From: Azolla caroliniana
Taxonomy: Eukaryota; Plantae; Polypodiophyta
Assembly: GCA_043228905.1 (NCBI GenBank)
Contig: JBHGNT010000001.1
Coordinates: forward strand, 3,844,001-3,908,000
Reading direction: 5' to 3'
Length of the DNA: 64,000 nucleotides
Below the pieces are notes generated by a model, which was not told the DNA's origin, searched no databases, and worked only from the letters and a program-made list of their open reading frames with translations. Numbering within the stretch: position 1 is the first letter of the stretch; each line of letters begins with the position of its first letter. Position numbers and translations under genes: made by a program. This document shows positions 10,801-22,505 of this stretch, one piece after another.

Positions 10801-13800
10801 TGTTGATGTATTTGCTCAGGGCACATGTAAACTTTTGGTTGTTCTAGAGATTACATCGTCTTTCTCATCTGTACATTATTAAATTGTTATTGATCTATTT
10901 ATTCATGAAACATATCAATCATGAAATTAGGTAACTGGACCACTTCAGCGGGGTGTTCGAAGGCGGTGCCTAGACTTTGATGTGAAAACGGAGTCAGATA
11001 TGGTGTCACTTTCAAACACGTCTCAGGATACTATGATTTCATACGCTGAAAAACCAGACACATCAGTTCTTGTATTGAAAGAACGAACTGCAACTCGTGT
11101 TGTGGGTAGTAGTGTTGTTGTGCCATGTGGTATAGGTCTACATTTGAATAGCCTCACTCGCAGCATTACATTTCCACAAGCACGGCAAAGCAATGAGCGT
11201 GGTTGTAGCTCAAGTCCTTTGACAAAGAGAGAAAATGTTATGCAAGAACTGGGCTTAGCTGAGTTTAATAGAAACAATGCTTCGAATGAAGGATCGGGAG
11301 AAGAATTTCAGAAGGCTTCAAGAATTGATTTTGCTGAGGAAGCAAAGATAGGTAATTATGACAGGGAACCAGAATGCTCTGACCAAATTGTGAACTCATC
11401 AAAGTCTATCACTTGCTCTAGGAATGGGGTTAAGCAACTACAAGATGATCAATCGAGCCGTCTTGGTAAGAGGCCTTGTCCACTTGGTCGTAAGAGAGTG
11501 TCATTGCCCGGTTTGCTCAAGGATGTAGAAGCACCTGAAGATCTGTCTAACCAGACCCCTCCTAGTCCATTAAGAAAGAAAAGGTAATGAAAATAAAGTT
11601 AACGAGAGTAGCTTCCCTTATTTATGGATTCTTAACTCCCTGTTTAAATTTTCTGATGTCCCAATATAGGAAGACGTCAACTACGTCAGAAAAATCTGGA
11701 GATGGTTGCAAACGATGTACTTGTAAAAAATCGAAGTGTCTAAAGCTGTGAGTCTTTATCCTTTCTCCCGTATTTTCTGATGCAAGCTATTTATGATCAC
11801 TTTATGCATGTATTCTAATTGTTTCCCTAGGTGTACAGTTATTGTGAATGCTTCGCCGCAGGAGTCTACTGTGGGGATTCATGTTCATGCCAAGGTTGCT
11901 TCAATAAGCCAGAATACGAAAAGACAGTCATGGAGGCAAGAGAGGTGATTGAATCAAGGAACCCTCTTGCATTTGCGCCAAAAATAGTACGAACAACGGA
12001 AGCATCTCCTATCATAAACAAGGTAAGCCATTGACAGAGTTATAGTTAAGATATCACACTTAATCAGGTGTACTGTGTGATATGGTTCCTGATTAAGAAT
12101 GTATATTGACATTTGCAACAGAAGGAAGGTGGCCATGGAACTCCTGCACATGTTGGAAGGCACAAACGTGGCTGTAACTGCAAACGGTCTCATTGTCTCA
12201 AAAAGTATTGCGAGTGCTACCAGGTTTGTTCTACAGTTCAATGAATATCGTCAATAATATCTGAGTGGAGAAGAATAGCTATTGCCCGAACACTCTCAAA
12301 CTCCCACCTAATTTTAACCCTACTGGTGTTGTGGAAGTGAGAAAGAGTCATAGATTAGTTTACACTAAATTATCCATTTTTACTCATGGATTAACTCCCT
12401 CTATAAGCTTAATGTAATTAACAACCGATCTCTAAGATATGGGTAAATGGTCCCCTCAATTTAACATGTCCGTCTAAACCTAACATTTCAAGTTCTGATC
12501 TCTTTCAGGCGGGCGTTGCTTGCACTGATGCATGTAGGTGTGAATGCTGTGAGAATACCTTTGGCAAAAAATCGGGTATGAGCTAAACATCCATTAATCA
12601 TATAATATCAAATCATTGAGATCATTTTTAATGGGTAAATGCTGAAGCTATATCATTACAGGTGCTGAAGGCATTGAAGAGAAGGAGATTCAACTGGATG
12701 TATTGCTTGATGAAACCGTTGCAGATCATATTGATGCTTCGGATCTTTGTGACCAAAACTATGGGCCATCTCAACAACAAATGAACAGCATCTCTCCTCT
12801 AACCCCATCTTTTAATTATACTGGGTATTTGCTCATTCTAATGCTTGTTGATTAACATGTGAGAAAACTGGATTATAAATATGTATTCACCTCTTCATAT
12901 ACCAAAAAACTCATTATTGGTTATCACATCTGACTAAGTCTGGCTAACCGAAGACTTCTTTAGCATATCGTGGACAGAAATGGGGAAGCCCTAGCAACAA
13001 TTCTGAAACTTAGTAGGAAACCTCCTTGCCCAAGCTATTGATGCCATAAAATCTCATTAATTTTGTCTCTTTTCATATATCTAGGTTTTCATTTTGATTC
13101 TATCTGAAACTTAGTAGAAAACCTCCTTGTCCAAGCTATTGATGCTATAAAATCTTATTAATTTTGTCTCTTTTCATATCTCTAGGTTTTCATTTTGATT
13201 CTATCGTGAATATGCATTGTCATAATGCAGGCAAACCAGATCTACGGTCCATTCGAGATCTGCAAGCAAAAGATGTCTCGCATCTTCTGAAGAACAAATA
13301 CTCTCACCTCTGAGTTCTCTTTCGACCACAATAATTTCTAGGTCACCTTCAAGGATACTCCGGTCATGTAGCAAGGGAGGGCAGAGGAGCTCTCCTTGTG
13401 TGAATCTAACAGTGACAACACCCCAAGGAAAGTCACCAATATCTACTCCAAGAATACTAAGGATTGGCAACAGATGGGATGATATTTGTACTGTTACTCC
13501 TTTGCCGAAACCTCCTTCTAGACCAACAGCTGGAGCATCCATTTCTGTTATAGATGGAATAGAATCTTCATCCATTAACGGAAGATCTCAGCATTGTCTC
13601 TCTGATTGCAAAACACCTGCTGAAACCCACGACCTAAATGTACCCACAACTCCAGTGTTTTCCTCTCCGGCCTCTCGCGTAGACATGAACTCTTCTTGCT
13701 TCAGATCAGAACCAGGGGTTGATCATCAGCTTCTGGATTGGATTGACGATGATCACGATGTTGAGAATAATTCCTGTACTCCTGAGTTTTTGAGAGATAC

Positions 13801-14062
13801 AGAAGTGGGAGTGCCACCGGTATGCTTACTCAATTCCAGCTCGCCTAAGCATAAGAGGGTCTCACCACCACACTTCCAAGATATAAGAGATCAGCAAACC
13901 CATGCAATGATGAATCATAGAGGGAGATCATCTAACAATTGTATAAGGAGTGGGAGAAAATTCATTCTGCAATCTATACCTACATTGTTGCCAGTCTCTC
14001 CATATCCTGTTGATCAAACGCCTGTGATTAATGCAGAATGTAGGGATGAAGGAGATCCCTAA
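7866..14062 (+). CDS. TCX/TSO1-like: Tesmin/TSO1-like CXC (CRC-domain, LIN54-like) protein, 10 exons, about 983 aa
   Basis: Phase-consistent GT-AG exons 7866-7913, 8560-8714, 8906-9575, 10931-11583, 11670-11747, 11839-12022, 12122-12223, 12509-12575, 12662-12824, 13231-14062. Motifs [41 protein letters not shown], hinge [50 protein letters not shown]. Confidence 0.93.
9853..10545 (+). repeat. Intronic tandem triplication with a 237-bp period and (TTTAGGG)3 linkers
   Basis: The unit marker tagaagaaaacaaaa starts at 9858, 10095 and 10332. Telomere repeats lie at 10073-10093 and 10310-10330, only between copies. Confidence 0.95.
13002..13205 (+). repeat. Intronic 101-bp tandem duplication
   Basis: tctgaaacttagtag...ggttttcattttgattcta starts at 13002 and at 13103, with a few substitutions. 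Confidence 0.9.
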
Positions 14063-14893
14063 AACTTGGACTTCCAATAAAGAAGTGATAGCAGATTTAT
14101 TAACGGAACAGCCATCAGGGGCACTTTCCTGAATATTAAATTCTTTGCTCATTAGAGTTACATAGAAGCTTGAAGCAACAGTTTCTCTATTTAATGCTTT
14201 TCATGCTTTTCACGAAGCATTGTTTGATTTGAAAAACTGAACGTGATGGACATCTATATAGCATGCGGACAACTTATAACCTTCACTGGCCTGGATTGGA
14301 AATGAGATGAGATCTGCTTAGAGCTTCGGTTGCTACATGATTCTTATTTGTGTATGAATCAAAGAATATGTATAACGAAGAAGCTTGACATAATTTTGTA
14401 ATTGACCATCTAATTTATGTTGTATGTTCTAAGATTTATTCATTCAGCAGAAATATCTAATTGTTTAATTCATTTGTCTACATGATCCATTTGTTTAACT
14501 CATTTAAATCGATCTAACCTGGTAGAACCACTTATGTTTTTTATGATCCAGTAGAGGCTTCATCAGTTTAAACATGACCCTCGCCTACTTGAAACAGCTC
14601 TAACCGAACTATTTCACTTGACAAAGTTGTTCTCAAACAATGCCTTTTGACATTAAGGTAGAGGCAGCAGCAACAAAATAACAAATTTTCTTTAAAGGGG
14701 AGTGGTAATCATTAATAAGAATTTACTGTTCACAAATAGTATGTGCCTATGACATCAACTCTTCACTCAATCTGGAATATCCATATTAAGAAAACCGAAT
14801 AATTCATCTGTGACAAAACTTCTGCATTTACTTCCTCTAGTTTGCTCCAAGCTAGTACATTACTAACATGAAATCCTGCCGTCTTCCACAATC

Positions 14894-15016
14894 CTACGTC
14901 AAAACAGTAAAGAGCTTTGCAACATGTTCCAGGGGAATGCTGTCAGCTGTGTTTCTCTTCATTTCTGGATGATTATGATCATTGGGAGGAAGAACAATAA
15001 CCTGCACGAATTATTT

Positions 15017-15062
<46 letters not shown>

Positions 15063-18000
15063 ATTTTGGAGCATGCCTAGCAAGTAAAGCCATAGTATAA
15101 GCTGATGATATTGTGCTGATGCATCCAAATGCATTAACTTCATTTTTTATGGACAAGGTTTGTTCATAAACATAGGGCGCATATACAATTCCAAGAGCCA
15201 TGAACTAAATTGTGCCTATTTGATACAGAACTCATTGACTCTTCACTATGGAGTAGAATCCTAAAGAACCGAGTCTATTGAGATACCTTTAGTCTTAATT
15301 TAATGACTGCCCACATGAGAGGGAGCAAAGAATTGATGCCCCATTATATAATCCGAGCAAAAATAGAAGGGGCCCCAATAATCCTTGAGGCATTATTGAA
15401 ATTAATGATCAATATCCAATGGCTTTGGGAACTGCCTAAAGGAAGGTACTCAAGATTGGCACTTACATCATCAAATTAATCATCCAAGCTAATGGGGATA
15501 TAGCACATTGTATAATCATAAATCGCTACCCCAATTAGCTTGGATTATCCCTATCTAAAAATTAGCAAAGCAGAAAAGAATAGATTTGGATAACAGAAGA
15601 ACATAGATCAGCCCCACATCTCTTGGTAGGAAGATGACCCACTATTCTTGTCATTGATAGATAAAGGCCCAGACACTCTTGGGAGGAAGACAACCCCGTG
15701 GACCATTTGATCTTACCGCCATTGATAGATAAAGGCCATTATTTCTCACCATCACAATGCTTCCCTCACTGTGGAGAACTCTCCATTTGAATCAACCTAT
15801 GGTAGAGACCTTCCGAATACAGAAATTTCAAGCTGACTTGAGAGCTATACAGGCATAATGACAAGATTCTTTGGTCACATTTTATCTTATTTATTTATTT
15901 ACTTAGTTACCTTTACTGACTCTTTTTACTTGGTTACATTTATTTTGGTTTGTTCTGGAAGACAAAGACAACATTTTAAGATGTAATTCTTATGTTAATT
16001 AATTAAGTTAGTGCCATAAAAAGAGTGCATGTCCATCTACACATGTACACCAACATGTTTTGGGTGTCCCTAGGTAGGATAATTGAACTCAGAACCTAAC
16101 AGTACTAATTGTGGTTCAAACCCACTCTTTTATGATCTCCATGTATGTTTTGTGATCTTCACAGGAAAATTGTGGAAGATTTTGTTTGGTCCAATGACAT
16201 TAATCAACTTCTGATCCTATTTGCATTAGGTATTTAAATTGCAAGTACAGAGTCCAGTGAGCAAAAAGCAAGCAAGTTAACAAGATTCTGCCAGGGTTAT
16301 AAGTACCTTTTTCTGGATAAAAACATTTGAGGTCAGATAAATTTCTAGGAGATGTGATCAATCAGGGTTAGAGATGAGGCTCAAGGAGGTTTTGTTAGTT
16401 ACCATCCCTAATAACACAAACAAGCATAGAGATCATCAATGTTTAGTAATACCTGTCCTCCACCAAGACTTTTTTCAATTAGCCATCCACTATTAGAAAT
16501 CTGGTGCTCCAAAAATTTGTCCAGTGATAAGCCTTCCACATTTATAGACTGGAAACGTTTTCAAGATAAGAAATGAAGATTATCTCAAACGCCTACCAAG
16601 TTGAATCTACCATAAAAACATTTAAATCTATCACAATACTATTGATGCACCTCAGCAAGTACAGATCTTGGAAGCCTTCGGTAAGTCAAAGCCAGCACAT
16701 GTAGAGCATATCTCTGAATAGATTGCTCAAATCCTGGGGGAAATCAGAAGTCAAATATGATAAAACTAAACGCCAAGAAATTGAACAAATAAGGATAAAA
16801 CATTGGAGATTATACCTGGGACAACTTCTAGAATGTCACGATTTCTAGCAGCATCATCCCAAAATTCCCTGAATCGTGCAGTCTGTTGAACAAAAAAGAA
16901 ATTGGGTGAACCTCCATTAAAACCATACAGGAATGCAAGGGAATGAATTTAAAAATTTAGGAGTGTGATCAGTCAGGTGAGAGGGAGAGACTTCCAAATA
17001 TGATCCTGAACCTGGTGGTGTTACCTTTCAGTGATGATGTACATAGTGAGTAGAAATATTTTTCTATGAAACTGCTTAGACATATACATTAAAGTCTACA
17101 TTAGGGTGGACGTTCTCAGAATCTAAATTGTCAAGAAGACTAGGAATGCAGGAAAATGAGTTTATGATTTATAAGAGTATGATCTGTCGGGCAAGTGGGG
17201 GAAACTAACAAATATGATCCTGAACCTGGTGGTTTTACCTTTCACTGATTATGTACATGTAGAACGTTTTTTCTATAAAACTATTTAGACATAAATTAAA
17301 GTTCACATCAGATTGGAGGCTCTCAAAATCTAAATAGTCGAGAAACATCCTAATGGTGTAGTTTGAAAAAAAGTACAACAACTAGGTCTATACTTCTTCA
17401 TTTGGACTTGCAAATTGTCTAGATGATAACCTGAACAAAAGAAAAAAAAAACAATGCATAAATTACTGCTTTCTGCATGACTTCAACAGCAGTGTTTTTG
17501 TATTCTTTATAGATCACTTGACATTAAATATGCATTCTACATACTTCGAAACTATTTCTATCAATTAAGGTGAAGTATAATAAATACTCTTAGCATGAAA
17601 ATGAAAAGGGTTCAAGGATGAACCTCCAGGAAATGAGCAAGGGTTATGAGCGTTAAGAACGGCTCCTCCATTTGCTAAGCTTGAGTTAAGTTACTGAACT
17701 GCAGTTTCTAAAATTCTATAATATAGGTCAATAATTTATTTGATGATTGAAGGATACAAGTTTCTCTGGAATCAAAAACATGCATAGGTTGAAGTCCGGT
17801 GCTGGAAGTGCCATCAGTGCCTATCATCAACCCATAAACCAAAGATCGATCATAGATGGCAAGTTAAATTGTAATTCAAAAACCAAAAATATTTTCATTT
17901 GTTCCTTTGATTTCTTGTAGGGATAGTCAAAATACCTTAACTAAAATCCTTGCAACAATTTGGACATTCATTCTGGAAGGCTCAAACTGTAACCAAATTA

Positions 18001-19679
18001 GAAGGAAATGAAGAAACAATCAATTCAGTGGTTGCCTAACTTTTAACATGCTCATGATTGCAAGCTTTGGCCACAACATTTGCAAACAACAGCAGCTAGC
18101 ATGAAAACATGGATCACAAAGGTAGATTGAATATATTTGTCCGATATCAATATGCTAATAACCATTTAATGGAAGAGCCATATTTGAATGGAGTACATAA
18201 GTATAGTAAATCGCCACAGCATACAGAATGTAGCTCTTACCTTAATAGAGATATAGTGACCATAGTCAAGCAATTTATTCCACCACGTTTAAAACTATAT
18301 ATTGAAAGAAGTGTGTGATCGAACAAAAGAATCACTAAAACTACAATATCATTATATCAGAAATGCGAAACAATACAGAATAAAATATATACTTCCTCTA
18401 GATATTGGTTCTTATAAACTCTCATAGAACTGCAGGTATAGAGGTCACTGTCATAGCTGTGATGGATTCATTTATCAAGAAAATAACTGAGAGAAGTAAT
18501 TTTGAAAATATTATTTCGACACGTTTTCTAGGCTTACAAGAGGTAAAATCAAGCACTGATCTTCAATAGTTGGCTGCCTCATCTAGCTTTAAACCATAAA
18601 CCCTATGCTCATGACTAAAAAGAAAATATAACCACACATGCTTTATCATCAGATTAAGCAGGAGTTCTCGAATGGGATGCTCTCAAACATTGGCAGATTT
18701 TCAAATATTTGGGAAATTTGACAACATAATCATACAAAATACCAAATACTCCTACGAAAATACACTGTTAAGTTCTGGTTAGTTGAATCATGTGAAAAAA
18801 ATATAACAAGAGAGATACCGAATCTCATCATAGACTTATCGAGGAAGATACCAAAGAGTCTCTTTTGTTCTGGTTGACACTAATCATATGGGAACAAAAT
18901 GTAGTATAAGCAGCCAGCAGCCTTACCTGATGGAACCTTCAGAGGCATCACAGAAACAAGAAGAAGCTTACCAAATTCCCTACAAACATATAATTTTCGG
19001 CTAAATTCTTATAAATTTGTGGTATTTTCTCATAAGCTACTGTTATTTCAAGGATAGAAAGAGGAGGATGTCCACATAGCAAAGAGAAAATTCCCACAAA
19101 TTGGTAACAATGAGGCCAAAAGGCTTTTCCTGAACTAAATAATTTATTGTGTTTTCTCATATTACAAAATGTATCATTTTGTGGATAAAAAAATAAACAT
19201 ACGCCATTGGTTAAAGAAAACTCCCGACGGAGCCAAGAGCTCTTCACGTTATAGAACCACGGAAGGCAAGAAATGAAGTTCGACTTCAACGTGAAACAAT
19301 AATGATAGAAAATGAAGCAAGAAACCAATATCTGTAACTAGATACGCTCTTATTCTGCCGATTTTCTAACCAGCTGAAAACAGAAGCGCAGAAATGTCTC
19401 ACCTGATAGAACCTTAAGAGGCACAAATTGGCATCCAGACTGTAGGTCTGGTGAACAACCTGGGAAATGCATCAAGAATTGATGAAGTTATGAAAAGCCA
19501 CAGAGCCGAATAGGTAAAGAACCAAAGAAAAGAAGGCATATAGGCGAATGTAGAAGAGAGAGAGAAAGAGAGAAAGAAAGAAATACCTGTTCCTGAACGT
19601 ATGACTCCAGATCAGGAAGAATGTCGGGATTGTAAGGATTAAGAGCCACGAGCTCTTCCATTGTAATCTGGGCAGCCAT
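14894..19679 (-). CDS. eIF3k: Eukaryotic translation initiation factor 3 subunit K, 9 exons, about 222 aa
   Basis: Exons 19679-19587, 19459-19403, 17986-17936, 17820-17758, 17674-17624, 16882-16816, 16733-16651, 16548-16453, 15001-14894 give MAAQITMEELVALNPYNPDILPDLESYVQEQ..YSLDANLCLLRFYQFEP..KALMALPAPDFNLC..ETARFREFWD..GFEQSIQ..HPEMKRNTADSIPLEHVAKLF. Confidence 0.93.
16995..17345. repeat. Diverged direct repeat of about 140 bp (two copies) in an eIF3k intron
   Basis: caaatatgatcctgaacctggtgg...ctcagaatctaaat occurs near 16995 and near 17209. Confidence 0.8.
17675..17757 (-). other. U12-type (minor spliceosome) GT-AG intron in eIF3k
   Basis: 5' splice site GTATCCTT. Branch-like AACTTAAC lies about 10 nt before the terminal AG, and there is no polypyrimidine tract. 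Confidence 0.85.
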
Positions 19680-21755
19680 AGCTCGGTGCGTGCGTGCGTG
19701 ACTGACTGACTCGCTGTATACAGGAGATGTAACAGAAAGCAAAGGGAACGAAAAACCTAATTATATTACTCTTGTGAGGAAGAAACTCCCCTCCCCCGCC
19801 TTTCTATTCTCTTTTAGAAAATTAATTATAATTAATTAACTACGAGTTAAGATAAGATTAGCATTAAGCAAGCAAGCACCGCGATCGGACATTGTATGAT
19901 ACAATTCGATCACTTGACTCACGAACATGGCACGTTGGCCCTTTCTAGCCTCCATTCGTACATCATCACTTTCTCCGAATCATCCCCAATTGTCCATTTG
20001 TCCTCTTTGCTCGTTCCTTGTTGATCATATTGTATAATTATCTAAAACTAACACTTCTTGTGTTGTCATCATGTCAATCACGCTACCAAATGATTCGTTA
20101 ATTGGGTTGGTTTTCATTCCATTTAAGGATTGTGTTTATTTACCATTGACTTATGTTAATGAATATATGGGAGAGAGTGACAAATGAACGTTTATGGGCT
20201 TTTGACAAATGTTGTGTTTTATTTCCAAATAGGTTTAGGATGAAAGCTCTCGTTGTACACGGCTTTGTTGTTGTATTCCTTATGCCCCTCCAAAAAACAA
20301 CATGGCCACCCTCTTAAGTTATGAAGTCAATGGTTTGTTCACTAGGTACAACTTTGTCCTACCTCAAGAAGTTAGCAAAACAAGAAGCTAAGATTGAAGC
20401 AACCTTTGTATATAAGCGCATAAGAGTGAATGGTAAACTACCGCGTTTATGCATAATTATTGTATGCTCAAAATTATAGCTCTTGTAAGTTGAAGTACTC
20501 ATACGAAGGCTAAACTTAGAAACATGTAGTTGGTTCTAAGTTATGTGTTATTAACATTGTCGAAGGCTTGCCATTCTATTGTTTTGAATTGAATGGTACG
20601 CATCCCAATACTTACGAGACCACCACCTTTTTTCATACTCGATAACATTCTCTTATTCATGTAGAAACATGCAATCAAATGATTATTATGGGAAAACATT
20701 GGGTACGAGGTCCAGTCTCGTGTTTACAAATCCAATGTTCCATTTGTCTTTGCTGAGATCGAGCAACAATATTTGCACAAGGCGAAATGTAATATGCTCA
20801 GATAAACATGCCTTTTGAGCTAATTAGACAACAATAAATGCATGGCAATTTATGTTTTTGAACATACAGAACTACACATTTTGATTTGGGTCTTAGTACA
20901 ATTGTCAATGCTACAAAAACATATGTTTGAAGCATACCACTTGTGCTTAAGAAGAACATACAAGAATAGTATGAACCATATGTGCATTCGCATTCAAGTA
21001 CGTTTCGATCATTCAAGTATGGTAAACACTCCCGCAGTATGGTAGTAGGCAAATACCATACTTTTGATACTTTTGTATCCATTATTTAGTATAAGGTAAT
21101 TTTTTTAAGGTAAAAGAGTGGGATTTAAAAAAAAATGTTAATATATATATGTTTTCATAACATACACATTTGTATGCAAACGTATGAAAATGAATGTTTG
21201 AGCAAAAGTTCCATAGTATGAACCATACGTACCATACGTGCACCCTCAAAGAATGATAAATACCATACTTTTGGATTATCTATTTATTATGAGGTAAATA
21301 AGCCTAAAAAATGGAAAAAACAAAAAAAAAAACATTAAAAAAATGGGGGAAAAACAAAAAAAAAAACGCAAGAATGTTGGAATAACATTCGCATTCGTTT
21401 CCCAACGTAGGAAAATGAATGTTATGCTAGACGAACACGAATTTTATGTTCTATGAGCAAACAATGCGAATATTACGTTCTATGTCGTGTTGATTAGAAG
21501 GGAGGCCTCCTACATTGCTATGAAATTTTATGTCCGCCCATTTATTCATAACCAATTGATGTGTGCATGTGTACATATGTACTTACAAATGTGTTTGCCG
21601 ATTCATTTTTGAATGGAGCCCTAGTTCACATCCACGTGAATGCTCCAAATATGCGAGCCTCATAATTTTTGGAGTAATAAAATTGAATGGGTGGCAAGTG
21701 CCACATATATGCTTTTGAATGAGGTGTAAAATAGGTTGCGCATTCGTTCTACGCA

Positions 21756-22012
21756 TAGGAATCAACAACAATTTGGTTTTGGCTTAACCAGTTTGTGGCC
21801 TAGTCCAAACCAAACCGGTTAAGCCTTAACCGGTTTGGGAGTTTCAAACTTGATCCGAACCAGCTTGGGAACCGGTGTAGACCAATAGGGTTCGGTTCGA
21901 CTTAAGCCATCCCAAACCGAGCTCAAACTGGTTAAAGATGCTGAAGCTTAAACCGAACCGAACCACCGAACCGTCTAAAAACGATTGAACGGTTCGGTTT
22001 AGGTTTGAGCCA
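21756..22012. mobile_element. Truncated MITE-like element rich in AACCG/CGGTT, probably related to the element at 50014-50403
   Basis: The left end taggaatcaacaacaatttggtttt resembles the TIR of the 50-kb element, and the interior has dense aaaccg/cggtt subterminal motifs. I found no right TIR or TSD. Confidence 0.55.
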
Positions 22013-22505
22013 AGGAGATGCAGACTCTTATCTACGAAATACATACATACACACATACATACGTAGGTGCATACATAGCATATGGTACATATACGCAGCT
22101 ACATACATAGCATATGGTACATACGTACGTGCACGAACATGAGAAGGCGTTCCAAGGCGAGTCGTGTTGTAAACATAGTTATCCGCCCGAAACCGAAACC
22201 GAAACCGAATCCGAAGCCAAAGCCAAGGCCCAAATCCACGGGATGGGTGGGGTGTCAAATCTCAGTTCTCTTCGATTCTCTCTGATGGAAGCGTTGGCTC
22301 CAACTCCCGCTCCTGCTCCTGCTTCTGCTCTCCCCCACACATGGAGCTAACCCTATCTCTGTCTGTCTGCATAGGTGGGTCGCTCCAGCCACAGACCTCG
22401 CTTCTCTCCATTAAGCTGATGAGCCACGGAATCCTCCATCCTTCTCGATCAGCAGCAGACAGCCACATTTTATAACATATAGAATTCCTTTTTAAAAAAA
22501 AAGGA

